DNA of 63,849 nt, counting the filler, from Sluysia triapertura (taxonomy: Eukaryota): assembly GCA_046118255.1 (NCBI GenBank). It is 5 parts of 5 records of this genome, joined end to end, with 100 filler letters (N's around TTAATTAATTAA, not from the genome) between each part and the next. Parts side by side here need not be neighbours in the genome. Positions count along the whole stretch, not along the records: positions 1 to 15,342 come from JBJNIA010230789.1; positions 15,443 to 26,316 come from JBJNIA010192262.1; 3 more parts are not named here. One strand, given 5' to 3'. The notes beneath the pieces are model-generated. The model ran no database searches. It saw nothing but the letters and a program-made list of their open reading frames with translations, and was not told the DNA's origin. Both the position numbers and the translations under genes were made by a program. Below, in pieces: positions 13,101 to 25,201 of this stretch. Each line of letters starts with the position of its first letter. Within the stretch, counting starts at the first letter, position 1.

Positions 13101-15302
13101 TAGGAAATTTGAGGAGTTATATTTCTGAGATCCTGCTGGCCTTGTGAATTAAGATGGGTTAGGTATTTTTCTTTTTTATATAAGAGTATGCTTGCTTTAC
13201 AAATGGGTTAGCGATGTTAGAGTAGTCTGCTAATACACCTAATCACTATCTCAGTATTTATTGTAATACTTAAAACGGGATTCTTGAACGATTGATTTAG
13301 AACTTATCTGAATTTGAATTTTCAGTATATCGTGAAGTTATTCAAATGAATTATCTACGTTAATTTGGCATAACTTTTATAACTACCAGATACCTTAACT
13401 GTAATTGGATAAAATGGCTTTCTTCAATAAAGAAGAACACTAATCAAATACGGTTACATTAAAATTGTGACAAATAAATTATTAATAATATTGAAAATAC
13501 TATCACAGTCGAAGAGATGACCTGAAGATCATAATAATTTTAATAATGATAATATAATAATTCAAACTGTGGTCAGACAAAAATATAATTAATTAAATAT
13601 AAAAATAATAATAATATGCATTTTAATATCAATTGTATTTATTCATATAGACCATAAATAAAGTTATATACTTAACGAATAAATTGCTCATTTTTGTGTA
13701 TTTTAATTCTAAAATAATGCTAATAATAAAAATCATTTTAAAATCATTATTAAAAAAATATTGAGATTATAATGCTTTTAATTTAATTTATTAATTTAAA
13801 GTGAGATTACACAGAGGTAATATAAATTCAAAATTTATTAACAAGGAACAATCAATTTTGAATTGAAATTGTACAAATAATCATTTTAAAGTGAGAATGT
13901 ATAAAGGTAATGTGAATGAAAATATATAAAAATCAAACTTTAACTATCACAATAAAATGGTTTTAAAATAAGAATTAATACATATAATATGTAATCAAAT
14001 TTTAAGAGCATAATATCCGATCAGAATTATCTTAAAAACATAATTTAAAATATTATGATAAATAAAATCATATATAGGATTAAAGAGAATCAAAATTTAA
14101 TAACATAGTCGATCAAAATTAACTTAAAGATTAGATAGAAAAATTGAAATTTGATTTATTGATATTACATAAATTCTTATATGTTACTAAATAAATTATT
14201 AATTTATTATTAATAAATTATTAAATCAATGCATGTTATTAAATTAAACTAAATCAATGTATGTTATGAAATCACTTGTTCAGAAGAACCATTATAATAA
14301 TTGTTATATGCTAATAAATTATATTAATGTTAATAAATCAGACCAAATGAAGAATAGTTACTTCATCTAATCAATATTGCATTATAAATAAAATCAATAA
14401 TATCACAATAAAATATCAATAACATTACAATTAAAATTAGCAATAATAGTATAAATGAAAATGGCATTGGTTAAACCCAAGGAAATTTATAAATTGAGTT
14501 TTATTTTGTGACTGGAACCGTTTGATTATTTATTGGAACTAGTCAACAATTGTTTGTTAAATTTGTTCGTTATTAATTAATGGACTCGTTTGGTGAAATT
14601 TATCTGAATTTAATTTATTGGAACAATTGTTAGAGATATCGAACTAGATTTTAGATTAAAAGACTGGAAAAATTTAAACTTTTTTAGTAAGAATTTCTTT
14701 TTTGGTTAGAACAATCAATATAACGTTATAGTTAAACTTCGTTTTTATAAACTTACAAAATTAATTTATTACATTGTTTTATATTATAGAAATGATGCTG
14801 TATCATTTATTTCTAATTTGAAAATAAAATTATTATAGATTCATTTAATTTGTTTTGAATAATAAAAGGGGATTGAGGATAGAGTGTAGAGATAAAAGCA
14901 AAGTACTATAAGCAAAACATATAGACTAAAAGTTCCTCTACGATAAAATAAACTAGAGATTAAGATAAAGTGTAATTATAAAACGTTATTGAGATGTATA
15001 CTTTAATTGAATACGATTCTAAAAAACAATTTAGTTTAAAAGCATTTCTATCTCGAATAAGTGAAAGAACTATTCGAATTCATACCTTCAGATAAATAAA
15101 TTTAATAGAGTTTATAGTGCTGGTGTTATATCTTAAAAACTACCTTACAAGAAAATACAAATTAATATTAGAGTTCGCTTACAGTATACAAATTATCAAT
15201 GGTGTATCTGTAAGAAACGTGAAAGTATACCTAAAGAATAACAATATAAAAAATACCTTTTGCTTCAATGTGTATTACGAAATTCGTTAGGAAATGCTCT
15301 TA

Positions 15303-15342
<40 letters not shown>

Positions 15343-15442
15343 NNNNNNNNNNNNNNNNNNNNNNNNNNNNNNNNNNNNNNNNNNNNTTAATTAATTAANN
15401 NNNNNNNNNNNNNNNNNNNNNNNNNNNNNNNNNNNNNNNNNN
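15343..15442. other. Assembly gap (N44-TTAATTAATTAA-N44 linker) flanked by (TA)n
   Basis: Same 100-nt structure at all four gaps. Confidence 0.98.
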
Positions 15443-16044
15443 TATATATAATTTACAAAAAAACTCTATTTCAAAATTTATATTCTATGAAATTTATAAA
15501 GGATGAGTTTAGGTTGAATTTTATATATTGAAAACCTTAATCCAATGATCAAACTAAATTAGCCAAATTATTAGTCCAATGACAAATTATTCTTTCAGTA
15601 ACTTACTCGTATTAAACACCAAGTTACTCTAATAATTTCTTCGAACCAAGTACCAAATTATGTCAATAATTTATTATGACGCTTGTCAATTTTTTGTGTG
15701 TGGTAAAAATAGACCATATGTAGTGTCTTTCTGGGTGTTACTCTAGACGAAGAATTATTTAGTTCTCTTCTACGATAATCTCTTCGTAATCAATTTCTTT
15801 CTATAATTAATCATGTTATTTAGCCAATTTCCCATTATAATAAAGTATACTTTAATATCATTATATATATTTTCTCTTTTGGCTAATTTCTTCTATATTA
15901 TAGTCAATCACGTTCTATATTTTCTATAATAAATTTACATCCGCCTCGACTGTATTTTGTATTATGTTAATAGTAAGTACATATTTATAATATTTAATAG
16001 CTTAATACTTATTTAGTCGCACATATATTGATTCTATAGTTACA

Positions 16045-16045
16045 C

Positions 16046-16103
<58 letters not shown>
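16045..16103. repeat. (TAT)n microsatellite just upstream of an RBCK1 acceptor
   Basis: Visible tandem repeat. Confidence 0.95.
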
Positions 16104-16114
16104 TTAAATTTCAG

Positions 16115-16469
16115 GGATTGTGTTTATATGACTATAATGAATTCGAGTAGTAGTATTATAAAGTGCCCGCAGTCTGATTGTGATAAGTTGGTGCAGCATC
16201 GTGAAATATTTTCGATTTTATCGAATGAAAAAGACATAAAAATCTACGAAAAGCGAAATGAAAATTTACTTAGAAAATGTTTTCGTGAAGTTTATTCTTG
16301 TCATCAAGAAGATTGTCATTATTTTGCTGAAAAAGTTCGAGGAACAACGGTTGATGTTTGGTATTGTCCGAATTGCGGTAGTAGAAATTGTGAACTATGT
16401 AAATCTATTCATACGGAAAAAAAGATGTGCACTTATATGGTGCATTCAAAGGATGAGAAAGATGTTGAA
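16115..16469 (+). CDS. RBCK1: RBCK1/HOIL-1 RBR E3 ligase: exon with end of RING1 and IBR
   Basis: tttcag|g DCVYMTIMNS...KCPQSDC..LVQHREI..YSCHQEDC..WYCPNCGSRNCELCKSIH..C...DVE|gttagt. Collinear with HOIL-1 (ECLQGTIRNS...SCP...LLEREI...YHCKTPDC...FTCPVCFHVNCLLCKAIH). Upstream exons not found; they may lie in the gap. Confidence 0.85.
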
Positions 16470-16559
16470 GTTAGTCATTTGTTTTTTTATTTTGATTGTG
16501 TTTGTAATAATAATAAACGTTTAAGTTATTCGATTTCTTGATTATCGACACATATTAGA

Positions 16560-16927
16560 GAACTGGATATATTCATTTTTTGACGAGTTTATCACATAAC
16601 TAAAAACGAAAATAGTTTTGTATTCCAGTTCGTCTTGATATTAACGGTGTATTAAGAAATAATTAAGTTTTAATTTGAAGGTGAGGTTAAAATTGTATTA
16701 CAAGGTTATGAATTAATATATTTAAAATTATTCAAAATATATTTCAATTTATAAAATACGTAATGGATAACTGTAAATTTCATAGAAGAGAAAAGCACGG
16801 CTTACAAATTCCTTCCATCATATTCCTCTCAGTTTAACCCAATTGAAGAATTCTTTAGCTGTTTCAAATCGAAATTATATTTTAAATATATTTTGACTAA
16901 TTTTAAATATATTAATGCACAACCTTG
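16560..16927 (+). mobile_element. IS630/Tc1-type transposase C-terminal remnant with right TIR
   Basis: VMDNCKFH ... FLPSYSSQFNPIEEFFSCFKSK (DDE_3-type motifs). Ends in ...aattttaaatatattaatgcacaaccttg|ta, the same TIR as the element at 31914-32447. Left boundary approximate. Confidence 0.75.
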
Positions 16928-18214
16928 TAAATAAAAGAGTTATCAACTCGAGGTTTACTATTAATGAAACTAGGATAGTGAAATACTTATTATTAAACTA
17001 TAAGAACTCATCGTGGCACTTAAAGTACTTAAGGAAAACACTTAGTGAAGTAAATATTAGCCTTACATTAACTAGCTCAAATCACAGGTAAACAGGTGTA
17101 TCATCATTTTTTTAAATTATCTGTTTCTTTATCTTTTCTTATACAATACAACAATTTTATTATGCAGTCTTTTGAAAAAATCGAATAATCTCAGATCCTG
17201 ACTTTCCTTGCTGTCTGTTAACGCATATTCTAAAAATGCTTGCGATGAATTCAAATTTATAAAACTTTATTTTACTATCTAACATATACAAACTTTACAA
17301 TATTAAAGTTTAATATAAATACACAAACGTATCTATTGTTCTCTGATTTAATATTCGAAAACTTTAAAAGATTAACTACTTAATTAACATTTAAAATTTT
17401 AAATAAATTTTTGTAAATCATGACAATAACAAATTCATCAGTTAAATCAAATTTAAATAAGTTATGATAAAAATGTTTGGTAATGCCTCTAAATGTCTTG
17501 ACAATAACTTCAACATGTTCGTCTGATATATATACACTTCTTACTAATTATATTACTAAAAGATAAAACAATAAGATTTATAAGTTTAAAGAATTTCCAT
17601 ATCACGACTGCATATTATATATAGACATGATTCCGGTCTAATTTCATCAACTTTATATTCACTAGTTTGATATACATCCTGTACGATTGGAAAAGTACAA
17701 CTAACATCCTAATAAAACACTTTGACCAGCATTTTCATAATGAAATAATTGGCGAGATTGGCTCATAATATGTAATAATTTCTTTATGTTGATGTTATAT
17801 GATCATAACAGTTATGCAAAGATATTGGGTTGGTATTATACATTTGAGACGTTTATATGCGACTAAAGCTATGAAACAGTGGCTTTTATACGATGAAGAT
17901 GATATGTTATAAGTTGTAACTCGAGTGGTAAGTTTCATAAGGTTCAAGGGTTAAGTTTAAGTGTGCATGAATGAGGATTTATGATTTAAATATTCAGAAA
18001 TGATAATACTGATTATGATTGTAAAAATGAGCGAGTATTGAGGATTCGCGAGAAAAGTGGTTAGAATGGATATAATTAACACACTCAATACTTTTTATGT
18101 TATGAAATATATACAAAATAATTTCAATGTTGTTATTTACACAAGATTTAAAATAGTGTCCAAGAAAATGTAAGTTAACGAAAAAATGTGTGGGATTTAA
18201 ATTCACAGATGACA

Positions 18215-18900
18215 TGGATTTAAAAGGATGGCTTACTTCGGTACCGATACTAATTTTCCAGATAACAATAAACTTTTCGTATTTATGACTGACGCTAGTA
18301 ATTATGCTATTTGAGCAATTTTAGAGCAAAAAGAAAATAATAATTTGGAAGCGGTTATAGCTTATGTGAGCTGACGTCTTAAAAATCAGAAATGAATTAC
18401 TCGATCTTAGGGATAGAATGTCTCGCGATAGTGTGTGCATGTAAATTATTCAGACACTATCTATTGGAACAAAAGGTTTATTTATACATTGATCACAAAC
18501 CTTACAATGCTTATATAATCATCGGGATGAAGATAGTAGATTAAATAGGCGGTTTAATGAGTTAGACTTAGAAATTATTTATAAACCAGGTACAGAAAAA
18601 ACGAAGCTGATTGTATGTCCAGATTAACAAACATAGACGACAATGGTAACACAAATTTCATTTAGATTTTGACAATTTCAGGAAAAATGCAAAATTCAGA
18701 AGAAATTATAAAACATCAAAGGTATGACAAAGAATTGCTAATCATTTTAGATGCCACAGCTAAAGGAACATTAAATGAAACTCAAGCAAAACGATTAGGC
18801 ATTAACGAAGAAATTGTGAGGCTTAGAAACGCAACTTTAATTCAGTTTCATGACAAACAGTTAAGAGTTCATTTTACAAGGCACACATTTTACTAGTGAT
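18215..18900 (+). mobile_element. Ty3/gypsy pol remnant (RT connection and RNase H)
   Basis: LTSVPIL..FVFMTDASNYAI*AILEQ..VIAYVS*RL..NYS..ECLAIV..FRHYL..IDHKP..IIYKPG..ADCMSRL with stops and frameshifts. Confidence 0.9.
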
Positions 18901-19471
18901 GTAATAAAGTCGGTCGCTAAAATTTTTGATATTCTTAGAATTTCTACCGATGGATTGATAACTCCCAATAGAAGTATCCGATTATATTTTTTACCAAGCA
19001 TTAGATTTATCTTTATTTGGATGTGGATATTACACCATGACGAAATGCGTGACACTATCGAATTTTGGCCAAACGGCAGAACGCACCTTACAAGTGCCTA
19101 TTTTATATAAGTACAAAAACGACACTATAAATAAAAACATAAATAAATAAAAACATAAGCTTATTAAATAAGAGATGGTCACTAACGGAAATACAAGGCA
19201 TTAGTAGCTATATCTTAACGATAATTATTTCTATCTATACTCTACATAATTCAAATTCATAAATTTTACTTATTTATTAGGCATAAAAATCATTTCATTG
19301 TTAAGGTATAGATTATGAATGTAAGTATCTCCTAATTGCCTGACCTTGTGTCATGACTGATACCTACTCATTAATTTTTATATGGATAAAATTGTAGTAT
19401 CTTTACTAAATGCATTTATTATAAGTCATTTATAATTATTGTCTTATATATTACGATTTACAGTATACAGT

Positions 19472-21180
19472 ATGTGCTCCATTTACAATGTCTTAGCCCT
19501 AGCTTTGTCACAACGTTTTCATTGCCGTTACTTTCCGTTTGATGCATGACCTTGCCCCATGTGTCGAGTTAAAATTAAAGAAATTTATTATAAGTGTATT
19601 TCGAAGAGTACATATGAGTTCACTATCAAATATACGGAACTTTCATCAACTCTTGCTGTAGCATATAATATGTTCAAGGAAATTCTACAAGTCACGAAAT
19701 TCTCTAAGTACCAAGTTACAAAATAACTCTTTTCTTAAAAAGACATTCCTAAAATTATAATATACATTATAAATAATAAATAATTACTAACTTAGGTATT
19801 CTATTTTTTCTTTATATATGTATATTGTTTTATTCTTTTGTAAATAATACAGAATGTCTAATCTAATCTATAGGCAAAGCTCATCGATCAGATCAAATCT
19901 TACTAAATTTTCATATATCGTTTCTGCATTGAAAATTATACTCCTACCTTTTTTGCTGATTTCTTCTCAACTGAACCTAGCGAAGCATATCTTTTCTTTA
20001 TCAATAAAGCAACCACGCATTACCTTAAGGTGATTAGATAATGCACCAGATGACTTTGAGTCTTTGTGTGTCGCAGTAGCGCGAGACATCATCAAAGTAG
20101 ACCATATCCCTTTGCTTCGCTAATCAGAACTTTCGAAATTTTTATAGAATCCGTGGAATTTCCAATATCCATAGCTCAGCTATTACTTTTACCTTCTGTG
20201 GTTTTCCATTTTTTTGCCTAACTTAATCGCCGATGAGAAATCAAATCTTTGGCGATGGGACAGTGGGACATCCTATACTCACGTTTCGCCGCTTTCGGTT
20301 TTCGATGAAGATCGCCTTGTTTTTGCTAGACTTTCTTGCTAAATCTCATATTACTTGTTATTTTACAATTTTGCATAACGAATTTCCTGCATGACATCCA
20401 ATTTATTAGCGATGTTACGTGTTATTTGATGATTTGGTATTTATTTATAAGAAAGGTGTTGGATTGCGTTGAAATTTGTTCATTATTGCGTTGACAATAA
20501 GCGTGCTTTTTTCGAGTTCACTACACTAAATATATGTGACACTTAACAAATCGAAGCACAAGAATTCCCTCCTGCATTAACCTTTCTTTTTACCATGCCT
20601 GGTATCCGTTCCATATCCTTTCTAGACGATGCAGCGAATCGCACACGCTGGGACAATAGCACCTCTTTTACACATGTACCTCTTTTTTCAGTTTTTGATG
20701 AGAAAATGTTAATTTTCGTAGCGTTTCAATATGCTTTTAATTTTTACGATAAACCGCAGATAATCAAACTAGCGGCCACTCCGCATATTAAGTAGTTTCT
20801 TATAATATGTAGTAGCTTATCACATGCTGCAAAATTATAAACTTTCTCAATGGTTGAGGAATATCTTGAAGGGTTACCTGATTAAGATGAGGTAAACAAT
20901 ACCTTTTAAGAGCATTCCATGATAAGATTATGATAGCTATAAATCCTTCAATGATAAACATATTTTTGTTGGTTAAAGGGTATAATCAGCCTTACCACTT
21001 ACCAACTAGTCGCTTTACTAGACTTTATTCATATGAATGACTTACCTTTTATTCTTGGATGTTGTTCACAACCTCATTTATTATCTGAAAAGCTGATAAC
21101 TCGTGCTACGACTATATCAACAGACGTCACAGTTACATTAGCAACAACAGCCAATATCACAACGTCACCATTTGGGAACA
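19472..21180 (+). pseudogene. Degenerate multi-domain C-type-lectin-like gene with Thr-rich tail, nested in an RBCK1 intron
   Basis: PCP..VKI..YYK..KSTY...ELSSTLAV; YLK*LDNAPDDFESLCVAV; duplicated block WRWDSGTSYTHVSPLSVFDE (~20250) / TRWDNSTSFTHVPLFSVFDE (~20643); CSSLSHAAKL..FSMVEEY; tail RATTISTDVTVTLATTANITTS. Motif resemblance only. Confidence 0.4.
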
Positions 21181-21756
21181 AGTGCTTCCGTTATAGGAAG
21201 AATTTTTCACTACACAATTCCCTGAATTAGAAAAAGAAAATAATAATAAAAGCAAAAAAATAATAATGATAAAAATGAAAATAACCTGAGCAATAATTTT
21301 CGTACTAAAACTAATAAGAAAAGAAAAAATAAAACTACCTACTATTTTCTTCTTCTGCATATGGATAAATAAAAATAATATTAATAATTTTATATAAAAT
21401 AATTACTTAATTTTGGTTAAAAGCCAAATTACGATAATTACCAGAAAATCTCTATAAATAGTAGATAAAATTGCAAGTTTAGTGAGGGCTTTAGCTTGAT
21501 TATAAAATTATCAAAATAGTTATGAACGAATTCTAGAGATAGAACATTTAAAACCTGAACAAAAATAATAAACAATTAAAACCTCAATACTTAAATTAAA
21601 TAATTTTATTAAAAAAACTAGAATTAATTTCTTTTCAAACTACAAGAAACTTTACTAACAATAAATTAATCAAATACAAAACTAGTATTATTATATTAAG
21701 AACAGTAAAACATAATTTAAAAATGTGCCTACAGATATACAAAGAGATTTCATTTG

Positions 21757-22005
21757 TTAAGCTACTTTATCATTGTTCTTCCAGATCTTGTCCACAAATA
21801 TTTCAGCAAAATTTTTAGGTATGTCGAGAGATTTCTTCTTTGAAGTCAATTTATCATTGTTCCTCCAAATCTTATCCATGGATATTTCTATTTTGGAATT
21901 CTTTTTAAGTTTAGAATAAATATTTATAAATACAAAGTCCAAAAAATTGGATATATTAACTACTTTCTTTTTTCGGTGATGAGAAAAGGTATAAATCTTC
22001 GGCAT
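21757..22005 (-). CDS. Hypothetical 82-aa basic protein with internal duplication
   Basis: ATG-initiated ORF containing EISMDKIWRNNDKL and EIFVDKIWKNNDKV. Confidence 0.3.
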   Translation of the reverse strand: MPKIYTFSHHRKKKVVNISNFLDFVFINIYSKLKKNSKIEISMDKIWRNNDKLTSKKKSLDIPKNFAEIFVDKIWKNNDKVA

Positions 22006-22119
22006 AATTTACATCATTTATCGTAGTAAACTTAGATGTTACTAAAAAATCAATAAATAATATTTATATATTAAAAAGTTAATTGTAGTTTATTTGTTGA
22101 AATTAACTATCAAATTAAT

Positions 22120-22601
22120 TTCAAAAGCATAATATCCTGGACGAATTAGTTTCACTACTAAAGAAGTCAAACATTTTCAATTAATTTTAATTGAATATCT
22201 AACCTTGTTTCATAAAATATTAGCTGCTAATTAGATACATTATACTTAATAAAAACTTAAATATTAAGAATATTCATATTGTTCAAAACACGCTAAGTAC
22301 TTTTTAAGTGGATATAATTTTCAACTTGAAATCTATGATACAAACCTTCTAAACACTCTGTTACTTTGATCATCGGATTGTCAAGTTCAGATGATCTTTG
22401 AAAGTCACAGTGACAATAATTTGATGCGTCTTTTTTAGTATTGTATGGTTTATAAACTCTAGTTTGTACAAGTATAAATTCGATCTGTTTGGCAGTTTGA
22501 GAAAGAAATTCAGCTTCTTCGCGTACCACTCTCGATGAAGACACAGTCGCTTGATGACGCAATCGAGTTCGTTTTTTAGTAATTTCTTTTCCTCCTGACA
22601 T
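22120..22601 (-). pseudogene. Unknown small protein (family X, copy B), antisense in an RBCK1 intron
   Basis: ORF 22293-22601 MSGGKEITKKRTRL..EAEFL..VYKPYNTKKD..RFQVENYIHLKST, with a later fragment SET-IRPG. Collinear with copy A. Confidence 0.45.
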
Positions 22602-23223
22602 TTTTCGAAATCGTTTTAGATAATATCAACAAATGGCTTATCAACGAAGAAATAAAGAGTTTATAGGTGAATTTATACTCATTTTTTGTGCAACTTTTGA
22701 TATCGTATGTTGTGCATACCGAAATGTGATTTCTGATGGTTTTCCAAATAAAGCAGTATATATACAAGTTCATGACTAGTAATTTTCTTAAATAAATATT
22801 CGAGGCATAATAAGAAAGCTCCATGACCAAACATTGGGTTGAAATATTCATATAACAATCAGAAATATCATAATTAATACCATCTTCACTTTTGAATTGT
22901 GTAAACGCATTATGTGATTAAGAGAATCTTCTACTAAATAATTACAATGAATTACAATTAACGAAGTGAAAGAAGCAGAAATAATAAGAAGAACATCAGA
23001 AATAGAATATAAACATATATACATACATGAAGAAAGATGAGAGTAAAAAAGTAAATTAATTGTGACAATAATAAAATTATAATTATAACAATTAAAAATT
23101 TAAAATTATAAGAGAATTATTATGCAGTTTAATATGATAATGTTGATAGTATATGATAAAAGGAAATTATTATGATAGAAATTATGGTAATAATAAACAT
23201 AACATAAGATAATTACACATTAA

Positions 23224-23346
23224 AGGCGGGGATAATATTTACTGTAAGTAGAATTTGAACAACCGAACAGTTTCAAACCACAAATGTAAAGTGGCACATT
23301 GATTGCGTAATGTGGTTCCAAACAGTACTAATGCGACTTCCCCCCT
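23224..23346. mobile_element. Possible Kolobok-type MITE (TTAA-flanked)
   Basis: ttaa|aggcgggga ... ttcccccct|ttaa; short imperfect TIR starting AGG. Confidence 0.3.
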
Positions 23347-24121
23347 TTAAGCTACAGTCGAGATAAATCGTAGTACTAAAACTCCCAACTTTAATGTGTT
23401 AAGGATTGTGACTGTGTTTATGTTTTGAATGAATTGAGTAATTGAGAAATGTTCATTTGTAGTGACTTTGATGTGTGGATGTGGAGTTCGCTATAATAAG
23501 TTTCAAAATTATCACTTTCAATTATTACGTGGGTCATTTTAATGTTATTCTAGTATTCGTTTGTACTAATCAGTAATCGATAATCAATATATCTTGATTC
23601 TTAAAATCTGCAGGTATTCTACTTCACCTACGTGTGAGGGATAAAATGCACTTTGAGCTATCTTAATATGGTAGTGATAAATTCTGTTTAAAATCAATCA
23701 TTACAATCTAAAGTAATTTTATATTATTATCTAATTTAAAATACTCATATTTGAACAGTTGTTTATACCATTAACTTGTGATTTAATTACTTATATACAA
23801 TACTGATCTTTTAATTCTACTTGTGATTAATAGTGACTTTGATTATTACTAAATTCATTTTTATTGTGATTTATCTAGTTACCCTACGCATAATTTTGTA
23901 GGTAAAACATATTTCCATCACTGTGTTATTTATTAAACACAATCTTAACGAAATTGACATTTCATACAATAATCAAAATCTGACAGTTGCATATTTCTAA
24001 AGAATATAAACATGTAATGTAAGCTAACCCGTAATATATGTTAATTTATTATTGCAAGAGCAAGAAAATTTAGCATAATAATAATAATGATAATAATAAT
24101 AATAACAATAATAATATTTAG

Positions 24122-24265
24122 GAAAAAATTAAAAAAAAAGAATTAATGCGATGTTTAGCATGTAAAAATTTGTTAAAGAAAACAACTGGGTGTAATTGGA
24201 TACAGTGTCCTAAATGCCTTACCGAACTATGTTGGATTACTCAGAATTACAGATGGGGACCTGGG
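24122..24265 (+). CDS. RBCK1: RBCK1/HOIL-1: RING2 exon with catalytic Cys
   Basis: tttag|EKIKKKELMRCLACKNLLKKTTGCNWIQCPKCLTELCWITQNYRWGPG|gtttg versus HOIL-1 [42 protein letters not shown]. Not in the ORF track. Confidence 0.92.
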
Positions 24266-24398
24266 GTTTGTTTTTTAGTTATATTTTTATTATGAACAGA
24301 TATGCACAGCAACATTGATATTTTTTGAAGACTTTCGATAAAGAAACTTGTCAAAATTGAAGTTCTGATTGTGAAAAAATTTGCTAGTTGAGAACATA

Positions 24399-24890
24399 CA
24401 GTGGTGGCCAAATTATTAGACTAAAACAGGAAAAAATGTTTTTCTTTGGTGGCCCATCAAGAAGTGGTCGTTTGGGAAAATGTAGCAAAAAGAAGAAATG
24501 ATAGACATTTGGTGAAACTTTCTACGATGAATCGTAAAGTTAACACTACGACTTTGCAGAAGCAGTTAGAGACTTGCGGAATTCACGTTAGTGTCAGAAC
24601 ATTCAGAAGGAGACTTGTCGACAATGACTTGCGAGTAAGACGACCCAGAAGAAAGCCTAAGTTGATACTAGGGATGATCAATAAAAGGTTGGCTTGAGCT
24701 AAGCAACACCAACATTTAAGTCAAGTGTGTTTTAGTGATGAGTCATCCTTTTTAGTATTGGAAGGAGACCTAATGAGAAGTTTCACCCTGATTGTGTCAT
24801 AGAAACTGTGAAACATCCAACTTTTGTTAATAGTTAATGTTGAATTTTATCACAAAAATGGACTTTAGTCTAATAATTCGGCCACCAGAG
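24399..24890 (+). mobile_element. Internally deleted Tc1 transposon (492 bp) in the last RBCK1 intron
   Basis: 27-bp TIRs cagtggtggccaaattattagactaaa / tttagtctaataattcggccaccagag with TA on both sides. HTH fragment VSVRTFRRRL..RRPRRKPKL..KRLA*AK, then VCFSDES and TVKHP. Confidence 0.93.
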
Positions 24891-25108
24891 TAGAGTAACC
24901 CAGTATTATGTTAGCTTTGTTATAGATTACTTAAAATTTGAAAAGGAAGAAAACTCTATAAAGCTTTACTTTCTAGAATATTTTTCCTAATCAGCATTAT
25001 CGTTAATAAAGCTTATATTCCTTTATTTATTATTTTCTTATTTTATTAGGAACAATTTTCTTATTTATCAGTATTATTTTAGATATCTTGTATTTGCTTA
25101 TATTTTAG

Positions 25109-25201
25109 GGTCGTGGAGATACATCTGGTGGATGTAGATGCGGTGTTAGAGGGAAATGTCACAAAGATTGTAAGTCATCCTGCACACCACATGGGGCGTA
25201 G
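25109..25201 (+). CDS. RBCK1: RBCK1/HOIL-1: terminal exon
   Basis: ttttag|[30 protein letters not shown] versus HOIL-1 [32 protein letters not shown] about 50 nt downstream. Confidence 0.92.
   Translation, partial: [30 protein letters not shown]

Noticed and set aside
15387-15398. Palindromic TTAATTAATTAA recurring four times
   Set aside because: Always centred in N44..N44; an artificial six-frame-stop scaffold linker.
19545-19600. CPMCR read as a RING finger, possibly a missing RBCK1 exon
   Set aside because: Preceded by an in-frame stop, in the wrong position relative to the IBR exon, and the following residues fit a lectin-domain start better.
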